NCBI GenBank assembly: GCA_054600435.1
Contig: BAAIJX010000007.1
Location: 62,001 to 126,000 of the forward strand
DNA from: Neophaeotheca triangularis
Lineage: Eukaryota
Direction of reading: 5' to 3'
DNA length: 64,000 bases
Shown here: positions 1 through 10,580 of the stretch, one piece after another
Layout: each line of letters begins with the position of its first letter
How positions within the stretch are numbered: position 1 is the stretch's first letter
Made by a program: the position numbers and the translations under genes
Notes under the pieces: model-generated
Database searches by the model: none
What the model saw: only the letters and a program-made list of their open reading frames with translations
What the model was told of the DNA's origin: nothing

Positions 1-1
1 C

Positions 2-682
2 CGCCATTGCGGCGGCGCTCTAGTCTGGCAACTCAACGACTGCTGGCCCGTGACCTCCTGGGCCATTGTCGACTACTTCCAGCGGAAAAAGCCCGCCTAC
101 TACGCTATGCGGCGCGTGCTTGCTCCCGTCGCCGTCGCCGTCAAACGCGCTCACCACGATTGGAGCGTCGTCCACGCCCGTCCGGCCAAAACCCTCGATT
201 ACGAAGTCTGGGTCGCCAGCAGCAGACTCGAGCCTTTCGACGCAGACGTTGAACTTCGCTACATCAGCATCGCCACGGGGGAAGAGATCAAGGAAAAAGT
301 CGTCAAGAAAGCCGTCACCATCACTCCAAACGGCACGACGGAGATTCTCCGCGGCAGCATCGACAATGTAAAGGAGGAACCGCACGTCCTCGCCGCGCGC
401 ATTTTTGTTGACGGGAAAGTTGTTCATCGCGATGTCGACTGGCCGCAGCCGTTGAAGTATCTAGATTTTGCTGAGAGGGGAGTTACGGTGGAGAGGGAGG
501 CGGATACCATCAAGGTTCGTGTTGATAGACCTACCAAGGGTTTGGTTTTTGAGGAGCGTGAGGGCGTGCTGGTTGATGACAGTGCGCTCGATGTTGTGCC
601 TGGGGATGAACAGATTATTAGGGTTAGAGGGTTGGGCAAGGGGGAGCCGATGCTTGGGTGGACTTATTTGGGTGCGCCGTAG
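2..682 (+). CDS. GH2 beta-mannosidase, 3' part (5' end outside window)
   Basis: Frame from nt 2 reads RHCGGALVWQLNDCWPVTSWAIVDYFQRKKPAYY, the conserved GH2 beta-mannosidase WQLNDCWP/SWAIVDY segment, followed by C-terminal Ig-like region (DWPQPLKYL...DVVPGDEQ); stop at 682. Confidence 0.92.
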   Translation, partial: RHCGGALVWQLNDCWPVTSWAIVDYFQRKKPAYYAMRRVLAPVAVAVKRAHHDWSVVHARPAKTLDYEVWVASSRLEPFDADVELRYISIATGEEIKEKVVKKAVTITPNGTTEILRGSIDNVKEEPHVLAARIFVDGKVVHRDVDWPQPLKYLDFAERGVTVEREADTIKVRVDRPTKGLVFEEREGVLVDDSALDVVPGDEQIIRVRGLGKGEPMLGWTYLGAP

Positions 683-964
683 GGGTGGGAAGAACATTAG
701 GAGGAACGTGTTCCGGATTTAAAGGTTGAGCTTTAGTTATTGAGATGTGGCCAGTCTTGCAGCACCCTCCCGTACTTCCTAATATCGAGATTTTGCATAT
801 CACTCTCGAATCAAGCGACTCAGCACTACCACGGGAGTACATAGATTATAACAAGCCTATCTAAAACCAGAGACACCATCAACTCCTTCGAGCATCAACG
901 TATCAAGCCGAAAAACCACCCCACCACCAGACCCAGTCCAGAAACCTTTTCCCTAAGAGCCCCC

Positions 965-3767
965 CTAGCCAACCACGCTCAACCCCCTCTCCACAACCGC
1001 CTTGATCCTCTGTGCCAAATTCTTGCTCTTACACTCCACGTCCAAGCCTTCCAACCACAACCTCGCCTCAGGCTGTCCCTGGACCTCGATCCTCAAGCCC
1101 GGGACCGGGATACCCTTGGCATGCAACCTCGCCAGCTCCTTGGCTACTGCGACTTCATCGAAAACCGGCTCCGCTGCTTCGGCACCCTCGCTCGCCGATG
1201 AAGCGGGCTTCGGCGTTGCGATCGGCGTGATGGAGTCCTCTCCAAATTGCGCTTCGAGGAACATGAAGAGGCGTTCGAGCTTTTCCTCGGGTGGGGGGCG
1301 GAGGAGGGGGTTGCGGGTTGCGGGCAGGGGTGAGGCGCTGTGGGAGTGGGTCGAGGAGGACTGTTTTATAGCGGCTGGGCTGGTTTCGACAGATAGTAGC
1401 ACCGCCATGACGGCGTCGGCGATACTGTCGTTAGTCGCGTTGCCTTCCCATTCCAGCTCTAGTTCGCCGTTGTTGGAGTGGTGCGTGAGGCGCACGGCGT
1501 TGGACATGATGGTGAAGACTGTGGTGGTGGCTGGGTCGGGGGTGGGGGTCTGGCCGTTAGTGGTGGTGGTGTCGGTGGGTTCAGGTTTGATGTTGGCGGG
1601 GTCTTCGACTTCGACGGCGCCAAAGGTGCTTTCGAGTGCCCAGCGTATGAGGTCCGGGCCTGCTGCGCCGAGGGTGAGGCGTTGGCGGCAGAGGATGGTG
1701 GTTGTCGCGAGCCCGGCATATTCTTTGAGATCTTCCGGGGCCATTAGGGAGAGTTTGAAATCGTTTTGGACTAGGACGCCGGAAATGACTTGGCCGGTAC
1801 CTTGGACTTGAGGCTCGGTTTTAAGCCTCTTAACGCCTTCGACAAGTTCTCCCTCGTCACTTGCGGGGGGCGAAGGGGGGAGTAGGGAGGGCGGCTGGAT
1901 AGCGCTCGCGAGGCGGCCGACTACTCGTACCATCTTGTCTTGCTGGAAGGGAATGCGGAGTTCTTCGCAGTTGACGGGGGAGAAGACTTTGTACTTCTTC
2001 GAGCGCAGCAGTTTTGACCGCAGACGTGCCATTTGGTGTTTTTCACCGTGGACGAGAATAATGACAGGGGCGTTGACTTGTTCGATGAAGTTGATGTTCT
2101 CATCGCCGTCGACGTGGGCCGCAAAACTGAACTCTTCAACGCTGCAACGACGAGGAATCATGACCTTGTCGTCACCTCCTGGGCGTTTTCCCATTGCTGG
2201 ACCTTGCTGACGGTTCTGCATCACGGAAGGGATACTGTCGGGCTGCGTGATGACTTGTTTTGCCATGGTGCCCTCGACACTGTAGCCTGTAATGACCACC
2301 CCGTTACGAGCATCGGGAGCCCATCGCTCGAGCAAGGCCCGCGAGACACCGTTTTGCAACATACCCGGCGCAGCAAGCATGATACACCCGCCCGTGTCGT
2401 CAAAGCGTTCGAGATTCTTGAGCGCGCGGATGAATTGGAAATCCCATGGCCCGTTGCCCTGGCCTCCCTCCGCGTTGACGGTAGTGGAGGCAATGCGGTT
2501 GTTGAATTTGCCACGAATGTTACTGTTCATGGCATCGATGTAGGTTTGGTATACAACCATACATTTCCGAGCCAGTGCAGAGGCGTAGTAGATGGGATAT
2601 TTCCGGTACTCTGGGTTGCGCTCCCAGTAGTCTTCCAAGATCAGCAAGAGTTCTTGAGCACGACCTATAGCAAAGACAGGTAGGAGGGCTCGGCCGCCAC
2701 GGTTGAGGATCTTGGTGATGGAACCCATGAGATTTCTCTCTCGTTCGGCACGAGGGATGTGTGAAGCTACGCCAAAGGTTGATTCAGTGATGAGGCAGTC
2801 AACGCGGGTATTGGGAGGCAGTGTCGCTGGGGTGAGGTGGCGATCATCTTCACGGCTATAGTCTCCTGTGAACAGAATGTTAAGACCGGCGATCTCAATC
2901 AGGTACATGCAAGCTCCGAGGACGTGACCGGCAGGGAAAGGAGTGAATCGTATGCCATTGTGCGTATGGGTCGTGTTGAAGCTTATGGTCTGGATGAGAG
3001 GGAGCGTCGAGAGAACATCCTGCTCATTGAAGAGTTGGTTCACATAGCCATCTGTGCCGCCGGAACTGTTCTTGGAAGTATGAGTGTTCTGCACCCGTAC
3101 GGAATCCTGCATTAAGTGCTTGTATATGGCCTTGGTAGGGTGTGTCATGTAGACCTTTCCAGAGAAGTTGGTCTTTGCCAGGACGTATGGCAGTGAGGCG
3201 GCATGGTCCATGTGAAAACTACGCAGAAGGGCGAGTTAGTCTTGCTGGAACGTCTTGTTATCGATTGACTGGCGGTCGTGGCTGCTGGCAAAGAAGGGGG
3301 AAAAGGAAGACGCTGAATCGAGTGTTTGTATACAGTGTCTATGTACGTTTACGTTTTTATGGTACGTCGCAGCTTGCGCGAAACCATCCCTCAAGTGACA
3401 TTGGCGGTACGAGAAATAATTGCCATAGGATGAAAGGGGTGTGCCATGCCATGACCGCCAGATGTCGTTTGAATGCTTCCATGGTAACAAAAAGTCAAAT
3501 GGTGCCGACTTACTGTGTGATGAGTAGTATATCAACTGTTCCCAGATCAAAGTCGTCATAGAAAGGCAGCGAGGCCAGTCCCTCGTGCGCAGGATGTATT
3601 CCAGCGTCCAACATCACCGTCTTCCCCTTGTATTCGAGTATGTGGCATGACCGTCCAACCTCACTGCCGCCACCCAACGCAGTGAATGCAAGCTCATCAC
3701 TGGGGTCTACAGGCTCTTCCAGTTCGGGTTTTGCGTTTGCCGCCGAGTGGGATCGTTTCGAGGTCAT
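965..3767 (-). CDS. YSH1: Pre-mRNA 3'-end processing endonuclease Ysh1/CPSF73; exons 3767-3514 and 3218-965
   Basis: Exon 1 has [11 protein letters not shown] and MLDAGIHP; splicing a GT-AG intron (3513-3219, CTAAC branch site) restores the metallo-beta-lactamase motif THFHMDH; exon 2 has AGHVLGA, GDYS, ESTFG, beta-CASP region and SFAAHVD. Confidence 0.96.
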
Positions 3768-4351
3768 GTTAACCTAGCATGCGATTTGCGCGGATGTGTA
3801 GGTCCCTTTCCTTGGATAGTTCGCGCGGTAGGACAGATGACCAGTATCTATGGGAAAGTTGGAGGCTAGTGTCTATGTAGCGTTTACAAGAACGCGAATG
3901 CTAGCTGTTAAGAGGGGAGAAGTGTCTGGTAAGGTGGAGGGGAAGGGAGCGAGAGAGACAGTACCTACACACCTAGAAGTGCAGTTCCAAGGTTGCATGT
4001 GAACCTTGAACCTGAGCAACGACCTACCTTAGGTAAGCACGGATATTTCTTGGCATTAGCGAGACGGAAGCAGCCGCAACCTTTCGCTGCTCGTCATTTA
4101 CTACAGCCTGCCTCTTGCTCTCACTTAAAGCTCACTTGACGAAGGGAGTACCTAGTATCTACAACATACTAAGCCGCCGTGGTTCTAGTTGCTGCAACTT
4201 CCTACTTAACCTTCACTGGCATTAGCACATCTCTAAACTATTGCCTTGCCGTTACCTGACCGTATCAGGGCAGCTCCAACGGGCGCGCGAAAGACGGGGC
4301 ATGAGCGCCAACACTCTATCCACGTGAAGAGTTAACTTCACTAGCAACAGC

Positions 4352-6340
4352 ATGTCTTTCAACAGTACCTCCCAGTCGCCGCCGCCTGGCCAAGGGCAAG
4401 GTCAACCTCAGCGGTCGTACTCTCCATACCAGTCGATCGGCTCCAACGCTGCTTCGCCTTACCAAAATGCCGCTTCACCACCCGCGCAGGGAGGCTTCAC
4501 AGCGCCTCCGCCGCCTAAGCGTCAGCGCATGTCACCAGATGCTCATTCCCCCCAAATGGGAAGTCCGATGAATGCCCCGTCTCCCATGCCTACGAACGGC
4601 AATGGCTACGCATATCCGCAACAGCAGCAGCAGCAGCAGCAGCATCCTCCTAGCAGCTACGGCAATCCATACGCGCAATCGCATCAGCAAGCGCATCCTA
4701 CGCAAAGGCCATACTCCAACTCACCCTTTCCACCGCCATCGGAACCTCAGCACTCCTTCAACACGCCTGATCCTCACCCGCTACATCAAAATCGCTTCCT
4801 CAACCATACGGATTCTTGGCCGAGCCAGCAGCGCAACGTTCAAACCTCGCGACATCAATCCCCCCAAGGCGGGATGCCACCTCCGCCGCGTCCTGCGCCC
4901 AAGGAAGAAAGGGAAACCCGTAATGAGGATTTCAACGACGTACTTGCCGGGTCTGGTATCAACCTCAAGGACGAAGAGGCTCTCATGTACGAACAGCAGA
5001 ACAACAGGGCCAACGACAGCTTCACCTCTAGCCGATACAACTCCTCCTTTGGTAGCTCCAATACCAACATCAGCAATGGCTTTGCCGACCTGATGCAAAG
5101 TATGCACAATCAGCCGGGGAGGAGGAACAGCGCAATGCAGGGGACCATGGGGGTTTCGCGCTCACAAAAAGAAATAGACGAGGAGATGGAACAGCAGCGC
5201 GCCAAAGCGGCCGAAGAACGCTCAAAGGCGGAACAACATCACATGCGGAACCCGTTCCTGCAGGGTAATATTTTGAGAGGCCGGCTGGATAGGATAGCAG
5301 CAAACCACGGTGTTACAGTTAATACGAGGGGCTTGTATGAGAAGAAACAGCCCCAGGCTAACGGAGTTCAAATGGTGCATGAGGATGGTGGTCAGGGGGT
5401 CGTTGCTGTGCAGAGTGATGTGATTGTCGAACAGGGAGCGCCTGTCGAGCAGGTCATGGCGCTACTCAGTCTGGCTACAGGGGAAAGAGTCCGCAACCTC
5501 GTCGATGACGGCCATATGTACGCAAGAGCGAGGCGCTATGGTGACCGCGGACGTGTGCCCCCCGATTTTGCCGACATCGCTACAGGGGAGGGTCCGCACA
5601 TCAACGACATGGTGGTGCCAGAGAGCATCACGGGCACACAGTGGGACAAAGTGCCAGAGCATGCTTCTATAAACGAGGACGGGACGCCAGAGCCGATGCA
5701 GACGCACCGATACCAGAATGCTATTGCCAAAACGCTCAATGACCTGGTGAAGAAGGACATTGCTGCGGAGGAGGCTCGCCTGGCTAAACGCGCCGCGCGG
5801 AAGAAGGCCGCTGAAGCCAAACAGAATGGGGACACTAGCATGGCAGACGGCGCCTCTACACCCGCAGACGCAGGTACTCCCGCCGCGGGCTCAGATGCCA
5901 CCAGTAGTCATACGAAGATCACCAAAAAGGAGCGCGAACGACAGGCCAAGGAGAAGGCTGAGCAGTCCTCTGGAGCGCATGCGGCTGCTCACACCAACGC
6001 TGCAGCAGTTGCAGCCATCATGGGAAAGAAGACCAAGAAGTACTCCTGGATGAACCAGGGCAAGGAAGACAAAACGGCTAATCGCTTCGCCAAGACGGCG
6101 GCGGAAGCGGCGGCTAAGGAAAGCGGAGGTGCCGTTCGCACAAAGACCGAGCCTTCGACTCCAGGCGCTACAGGAGGAACTCCCGCTCCAGAGGCCAAGC
6201 ACAAGCCGAGGGTGTGGGGTGAATGGAGCGAGCTCGGTCCCGAAGGCAAGGGAATACAAATGCGCGACTGGATTCTGGCGCTCGAAAAGGACGGCAAAGA
6301 CAAGAAAGCATTGAGCTGGGCTTATGATCATCAGGGTTAG
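4352..6340 (+). CDS. TAF4: TFIID subunit TAF4-like protein
   Basis: P/Q-rich N-terminus, DVLAGSGINLKDEE, NPFLQGNILRGRL histone-fold region, HTNAAAVAAIMGKKTKKYSWM and C-terminal IQMRDWILALEKDG, matching fungal TAF4; divergent from YSH1. Confidence 0.85.
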   Translation: MSFNSTSQSPPPGQGQGQPQRSYSPYQSIGSNAASPYQNAASPPAQGGFTAPPPPKRQRMSPDAHSPQMGSPMNAPSPMPTNGNGYAYPQQQQQQQQHPPSSYGNPYAQSHQQAHPTQRPYSNSPFPPPSEPQHSFNTPDPHPLHQNRFLNHTDSWPSQQRNVQTSRHQSPQGGMPPPPRPAPKEERETRNEDFNDVLAGSGINLKDEEALMYEQQNNRANDSFTSSRYNSSFGSSNTNISNGFADLMQSMHNQPGRRNSAMQGTMGVSRSQKEIDEEMEQQRAKAAEERSKAEQHHMRNPFLQGNILRGRLDRIAANHGVTVNTRGLYEKKQPQANGVQMVHEDGGQGVVAVQSDVIVEQGAPVEQVMALLSLATGERVRNLVDDGHMYARARRYGDRGRVPPDFADIATGEGPHINDMVVPESITGTQWDKVPEHASINEDGTPEPMQTHRYQNAIAKTLNDLVKKDIAAEEARLAKRAARKKAAEAKQNGDTSMADGASTPADAGTPAAGSDATSSHTKITKKERERQAKEKAEQSSGAHAAAHTNAAAVAAIMGKKTKKYSWMNQGKEDKTANRFAKTAAEAAAKESGGAVRTKTEPSTPGATGGTPAPEAKHKPRVWGEWSELGPEGKGIQMRDWILALEKDGKDKKALSWAYDHQG

Positions 6341-7488
6341 ACACAATGGCGACTGCGTTGCCGCGGCTCAAGGGACCGGAATACTTTGAGCTGATCGTTT
6401 TATACTAATCCGAATGTTTTCGTAACCAGAGGATAGCCCCGAGACTGTCGCCTGGCTCTACAGAGAGACTCAGCAGAAGCAGACGAATGCCGACGCGTCC
6501 CCCAGCATTATTACCTCTCAAAGAGAAGCTTCTTCTACCGGCATTTCCTCCGTCACTGCGCCTCTCTACAGACGCACCGACCCTAGCAACCGCATTGTCA
6601 GTGATCCAGTCTACGCGACCCACAGATCTGACACCAACGGCCCCCCTTCCCCAACTCGGACGCATAGAGCTGTTTCTGGCTCTGTCGTCGTGGATCTGGC
6701 TAGTCCTTAGCAAACACCGGCCCCCACACATGCACATGCAGCGACATCAACACATGGCTGGATACCCCTACAATCAACCCGCACTCTGCACAATTTTCCC
6801 TTCCATTTTTCCCGCATCCCTACGCGAACATCAGCACGACCACGTTGGCCCAGAGTCATTCGGAGGATCCGTCCGTTTGCGAGAAGCGATTCTAGAAGAG
6901 CAAGCGAGGCCAGATAAGACTCGATACCCTGGACTGTCTCTCTGCAGCTACGGATGGTTGTCTTCGATACTTATGGCTCTCGCAAGAAACTATCGGCACT
7001 ATGCTTGGGAGATTCTTGCACTTGCAAAGGTTGCAATGGCTCCTTATATGTAGCTACGGGTGGAGCTACGGGTGGCTAGACAGTAGTTTATATTGTGTTG
7101 CTAGAAGTGTGCAACCTTTGCTTAGAATGTGTGCAGCTCACATTTGTGGCTGATCCGATGATTCGATTTCTAAGTCAATTCACGGTGATGTGAACAGGCT
7201 TAAGGTTGCGAATGCTCCCAATTCACCTACAAAGTTTTAATAGATGAAGAAGTGATTAGGCCGCTTAGCCTCTAGGTGGCCCTCGCCCTTGGACTTTTGA
7301 CGAAATTTGGGCCGTGGGCTAGCGTTGCCTTAAGTTGAACCAATGGTAGTAGGTCGATAAGCAGGTGGTTAGATTAGATAGGATCATCTAGCGCCCGCCA
7401 AGTTTTCGAGCTCTTGAAGATTTACCAAAAGAGGAAGTCTGAGTGTAGACTTTCTCTCCAACAACATAACTTAGGGCCAACCTTCATA

Positions 7489-9789
7489 ATGAAACGCAAG
7501 ATCGGAGCCTTGGAGAAGGTGGATGCAGACCTGCCTAATCTGCAGCACAAGATTCGACGAGACCCTCCGTCCTATCGCGAAGACTTCATCAATCAGTACA
7601 GCCAATATGCATCGATCCACGAGCTGTTCCTGCAATCGCCCACCACCACCGATGATACTGGATTGATACGGCTACGCGATCTCATCGACTTCATCTCGCA
7701 TGTCGCGGAATGCTATCCCGAGATCACTTCGACCTTTCCTCAAGACTTGATCAGACTGCTTGAACTACACCACGCTACTCTTGACCCAGAACTACGAGAC
7801 AAGATAGTAGGGAGTCTGGTACTGTTACGCAAAAAGGGCACAATCGACAGCAACACCCTGCTATCCACATTATGGCCTCTTCTCGTCTCCACGCCCTCCA
7901 AAGCTCTCCGCGAGCTTCTCTTCCAAAAGATACTTTCCGACTTGCGCAACAGCAATAGCAAGACCACAAACCACAAGCTCAACCGCAATATTCAGACCAC
8001 ATGTTACAACCTCATAGCCTCCGACCCGGCTTCTCCGAAAGGTCTCTGGGCCATCAAGCTCACCCGTGAGCTGTGGAGACGACAAATATGGAACGATGCC
8101 AAAGCCGTTAGTATAATGGAGCTCGCGGCTCTGTCTCAAGACGCCAAAGTCGTCACGGGGGGTGTGCGCTTCTTTCTTGGTGGTGACCAAGAGCGTGAGG
8201 AGGCAGCTGCGGAAGAGGATACGGATGAAGAGGCTGTTGACATGGGCAAGCTGAAGCATCAGCAGGGTATCAACAAAAAGAGCGGAAAACGCCAGAAAGA
8301 GTTGAAAGCGGCGGCCGCAAAGCAGAAGCGTAAGAACAAGAAGAAGAATGCACCGCATCCGCTGAATTTCAGTGCTCTGCACTTGCTGCATGATCCTCAA
8401 GGTTTTGCTGAGAAGCTGTTCGGACAACATTTACAACCCGCGCAACCTAAAGTGCGTTTGAACCTCGAGCAGAAGTTGTTGGTGCTGCAGCTCCTCTCCC
8501 GCCTGATTGGTCTGCACAAGCTTACCTTGATACCGCTCTATTCCTACTTTCTGAAATTCCTCACACCCAAGCAGCCGAGCGTGACGGGCTTCCTCGCTAG
8601 CTTGGCGCAAAGTTCGCATTCTCTCGTACCGCCAGACGTCCTGGAGCCCCTGATCTTGAAGATTGCGAATGAATTCGTTTCCGAGGCCGCTGCGAGTGAA
8701 GTCGCGAGCGCTGGGTTGAATGCTATCAGAGAAGTGTGTGCTCGTCAGCCGCTCGCGATGAACGAAACGCTGTTGCAAGATTTGGTCCTGTACCGGAAGA
8801 GCAAGGACAAAGGAGTGCAAATGGCTGCGAGGGGGTTGATGTCTTTGTATAGGGAAGTTGGCGCGGATATGTTGAGCAAGAGGGATAGGGGGCGAGATGC
8901 GGCTTTGGGGTTGAGAACGGGCGAGAGGCAGGCTGCGAGGTTCGGTGCTGTGGAGGAGGGTGGTATTGAGGGATTGGATCTGCTGGAGAAGTGGAAGGAG
9001 GAGCAAGGAGCTGACAGTGAGGAAGACGAGGCCGAAGGCTGGAACAACTGGGATGCAGAGGAGGATGACTCGGATGACAGTGGTGGTTGGATCAACGTGG
9101 AGAGCGACGGCGAGGATATCGACATCTCGGACTCCGAAGACGAGCGAGAAAAGGCCAAGGACAAGGCAAAGAAAGCCAAACTCGACAGCGAAACGCCCAA
9201 ACCGAAAGAAGATGGTGAGCCTCCTGCAAACGAGGCCTCCGAAGCTGCCTCTCGCGCCACCGCGTCCCTCGAGCCCGAGGCCGCCCTCAAGCGCGAAGAA
9301 CAACGCATCTCCAAACTCGCCACCACACGCATCCTCACCCCTGCCGACCTGGCCAAGCTCAACGAACTCCGCAACTCGACCGCCATAACCTCCAACCTCG
9401 CCTCCAACAAACGCCGCAAAACCCCGACCTCGCAAAACGCGATCGCAGCCCGCCACTCTGACGACCCGCTCACAGCGGCCGAAATCGAAGGCCTCGCGTC
9501 CCTGTCCTCCAACAAAGCCACAAAGGAGGAACGTATCGCGGCCATCAAGAGTGGCAAGGAAGAGGACAAGAACGATCACCGCTCGACGACGGCCCGGCGC
9601 AAGGAGAAGAAGGAGGCTGAGGGTAAGAGCACGACGAACAAGGAGAAGGCGCGGAAGAAGAATTTCATGATGACGCTGGGTAAGGCAAAGAGGAAGGGGA
9701 AAAGGAGCTTAGTCGAGCATCAGAAGGTCTTAAAGGCGCATGTGAGCCGGGGGAAGAGAGGCGGTAAGAGAGGCAATGCTGGAAATTAG
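7489..9789 (+). CDS. SDA1: Sda1 60S ribosome biogenesis protein
   Basis: ATG at 7489 gives MKRKIGALEKVDADLPNLQHKIRRDP; NFSALHLLHDPQGFAEKLF, GLNAIRE, RILTPADL and STTNKEKARKKNFMM are characteristic Sda1 motifs. Confidence 0.95.
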   Translation: MKRKIGALEKVDADLPNLQHKIRRDPPSYREDFINQYSQYASIHELFLQSPTTTDDTGLIRLRDLIDFISHVAECYPEITSTFPQDLIRLLELHHATLDPELRDKIVGSLVLLRKKGTIDSNTLLSTLWPLLVSTPSKALRELLFQKILSDLRNSNSKTTNHKLNRNIQTTCYNLIASDPASPKGLWAIKLTRELWRRQIWNDAKAVSIMELAALSQDAKVVTGGVRFFLGGDQEREEAAAEEDTDEEAVDMGKLKHQQGINKKSGKRQKELKAAAAKQKRKNKKKNAPHPLNFSALHLLHDPQGFAEKLFGQHLQPAQPKVRLNLEQKLLVLQLLSRLIGLHKLTLIPLYSYFLKFLTPKQPSVTGFLASLAQSSHSLVPPDVLEPLILKIANEFVSEAAASEVASAGLNAIREVCARQPLAMNETLLQDLVLYRKSKDKGVQMAARGLMSLYREVGADMLSKRDRGRDAALGLRTGERQAARFGAVEEGGIEGLDLLEKWKEEQGADSEEDEAEGWNNWDAEEDDSDDSGGWINVESDGEDIDISDSEDEREKAKDKAKKAKLDSETPKPKEDGEPPANEASEAASRATASLEPEAALKREEQRISKLATTRILTPADLAKLNELRNSTAITSNLASNKRRKTPTSQNAIAARHSDDPLTAAEIEGLASLSSNKATKEERIAAIKSGKEEDKNDHRSTTARRKEKKEAEGKSTTNKEKARKKNFMMTLGKAKRKGKRSLVEHQKVLKAHVSRGKRGGKRGNAGN

Positions 9790-9814
9790 GGTGGATGAAA
9801 TGTAAGGTTCTAAT

Positions 9815-10151
9815 GTCGGTTTTGAGCGAAACCCGACGCAGTATAGGCATACACTGTGCTATATGCATACTCAACTATTGCAGGAACACATCGAGCAGAT
9901 AAAGAAGTAACTCAATTTGTAAGAAGAAGTCAGTTAGCGCCTTATTAACGAAAAATTGAATTGAATGTCATCATTTTATATGTCTAGGTAGAAAAGGAAT
10001 AGCAATAGTTCCGTACATGCCGTAATCTAACAAGATTTTGTTTAGGACATATTCAATGTTGAATTTTGACACCTATATGTGCGTGCGCGAAATTAAGCTT
10101 TGCGCCAAGCCCTACTTTGTAGGGGTAATTGACCAGATTACTGTAGGGGTG
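9815..10151 (+). repeat. Left copy (A) of the direct repeat flanking the island (SDA1-tRNA intergenic region plus first 5 nt of the tRNA)
   Basis: Aligns by eye with 53409-53776 from GTCGGTTTT to GATTACTGTAGGGGTG; 10090-10151 is identical to 53715-53776 (62 bp). Confidence 0.95.
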
Positions 10152-10176
10152 TTCGACAGAGTTGGTCAATTACCAC

Positions 10177-10580
10177 AGCAAATTGTTTTGCATTCAAAAC
10201 ATGTCTTCAAAAGCGCAAACAACCTTTAGGTTTTTTGCGCAAGCTTAGATGAGGGTTAAAATCAGAAATAGCTTATATACTATCTTTTTAAAAGCTTAGA
10301 TTACGCCTCGGTGAAAAACCTATCTACTATTCAACATTCGTTAGATTCTATATAGGAGTTGCTATTTCCTTATCTTCTAGCTATGTTCCGTATATTTCTG
10401 TAGTTATTAAGTATAGATATAGTATAGTGTATACCGATACTACGTCGGGTCTCGCTCAAAACCGATATTAGAACCTTACATTTTATCTACCCTAATTTCT
10501 AGCATTGCCTCTCTTCTACCTCTCTTCCCCCGGCTCTTTATATTATTATAGCAAATTGTTTTGCATTCAAAACATGTCTT
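10177..10580 (+). repeat. 31-bp direct repeat AGCAAATTGTTTTGCATTCAAAACATGTCTT at 10177-10207 and 10550-10580
   Basis: Exact match of both copies; contains hairpin TGTTTTG-CATT-CAAAACA; the second copy supplies the probable ATG (10574) of the helicase gene. Confidence 0.93.
10296..10536 (-). repeat. Inverted, RIP-mutated copy (C) of the SDA1 3' end and downstream region
   Basis: 10405-10536 is the reverse complement of ~9744-9877 (last ~15 SDA1 codons plus 3' flank) with C>T/G>A changes; shorter mirrored fragments (TTAGATTACG, TTGCTATT.CCTT) extend to ~10296. Confidence 0.9.

Noticed and set aside
6487..7053. 188-aa ORF between TAF4 and SDA1
   Set aside because: No recognisable motif; lies in the probable TAF4 3' region; likely a chance ORF in GC-rich DNA.
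7414..7488. N-terminal extension of SDA1 from the ORF track
   Set aside because: Starts at TTG; the conserved protein begins at ATG 7489.
8431..9579. Long antisense ORFs over SDA1 (and similar ones over YSH1, TAF4, PP2C, GH55)
   Set aside because: Shadow frames of GC-rich coding sequence on the opposite strand.
10038..10229. ORFs 10038-10229 and 53684-53881 with near-identical peptides
   Set aside because: They are translations of the non-coding direct repeat (the second runs through the tRNA), with non-ATG starts.
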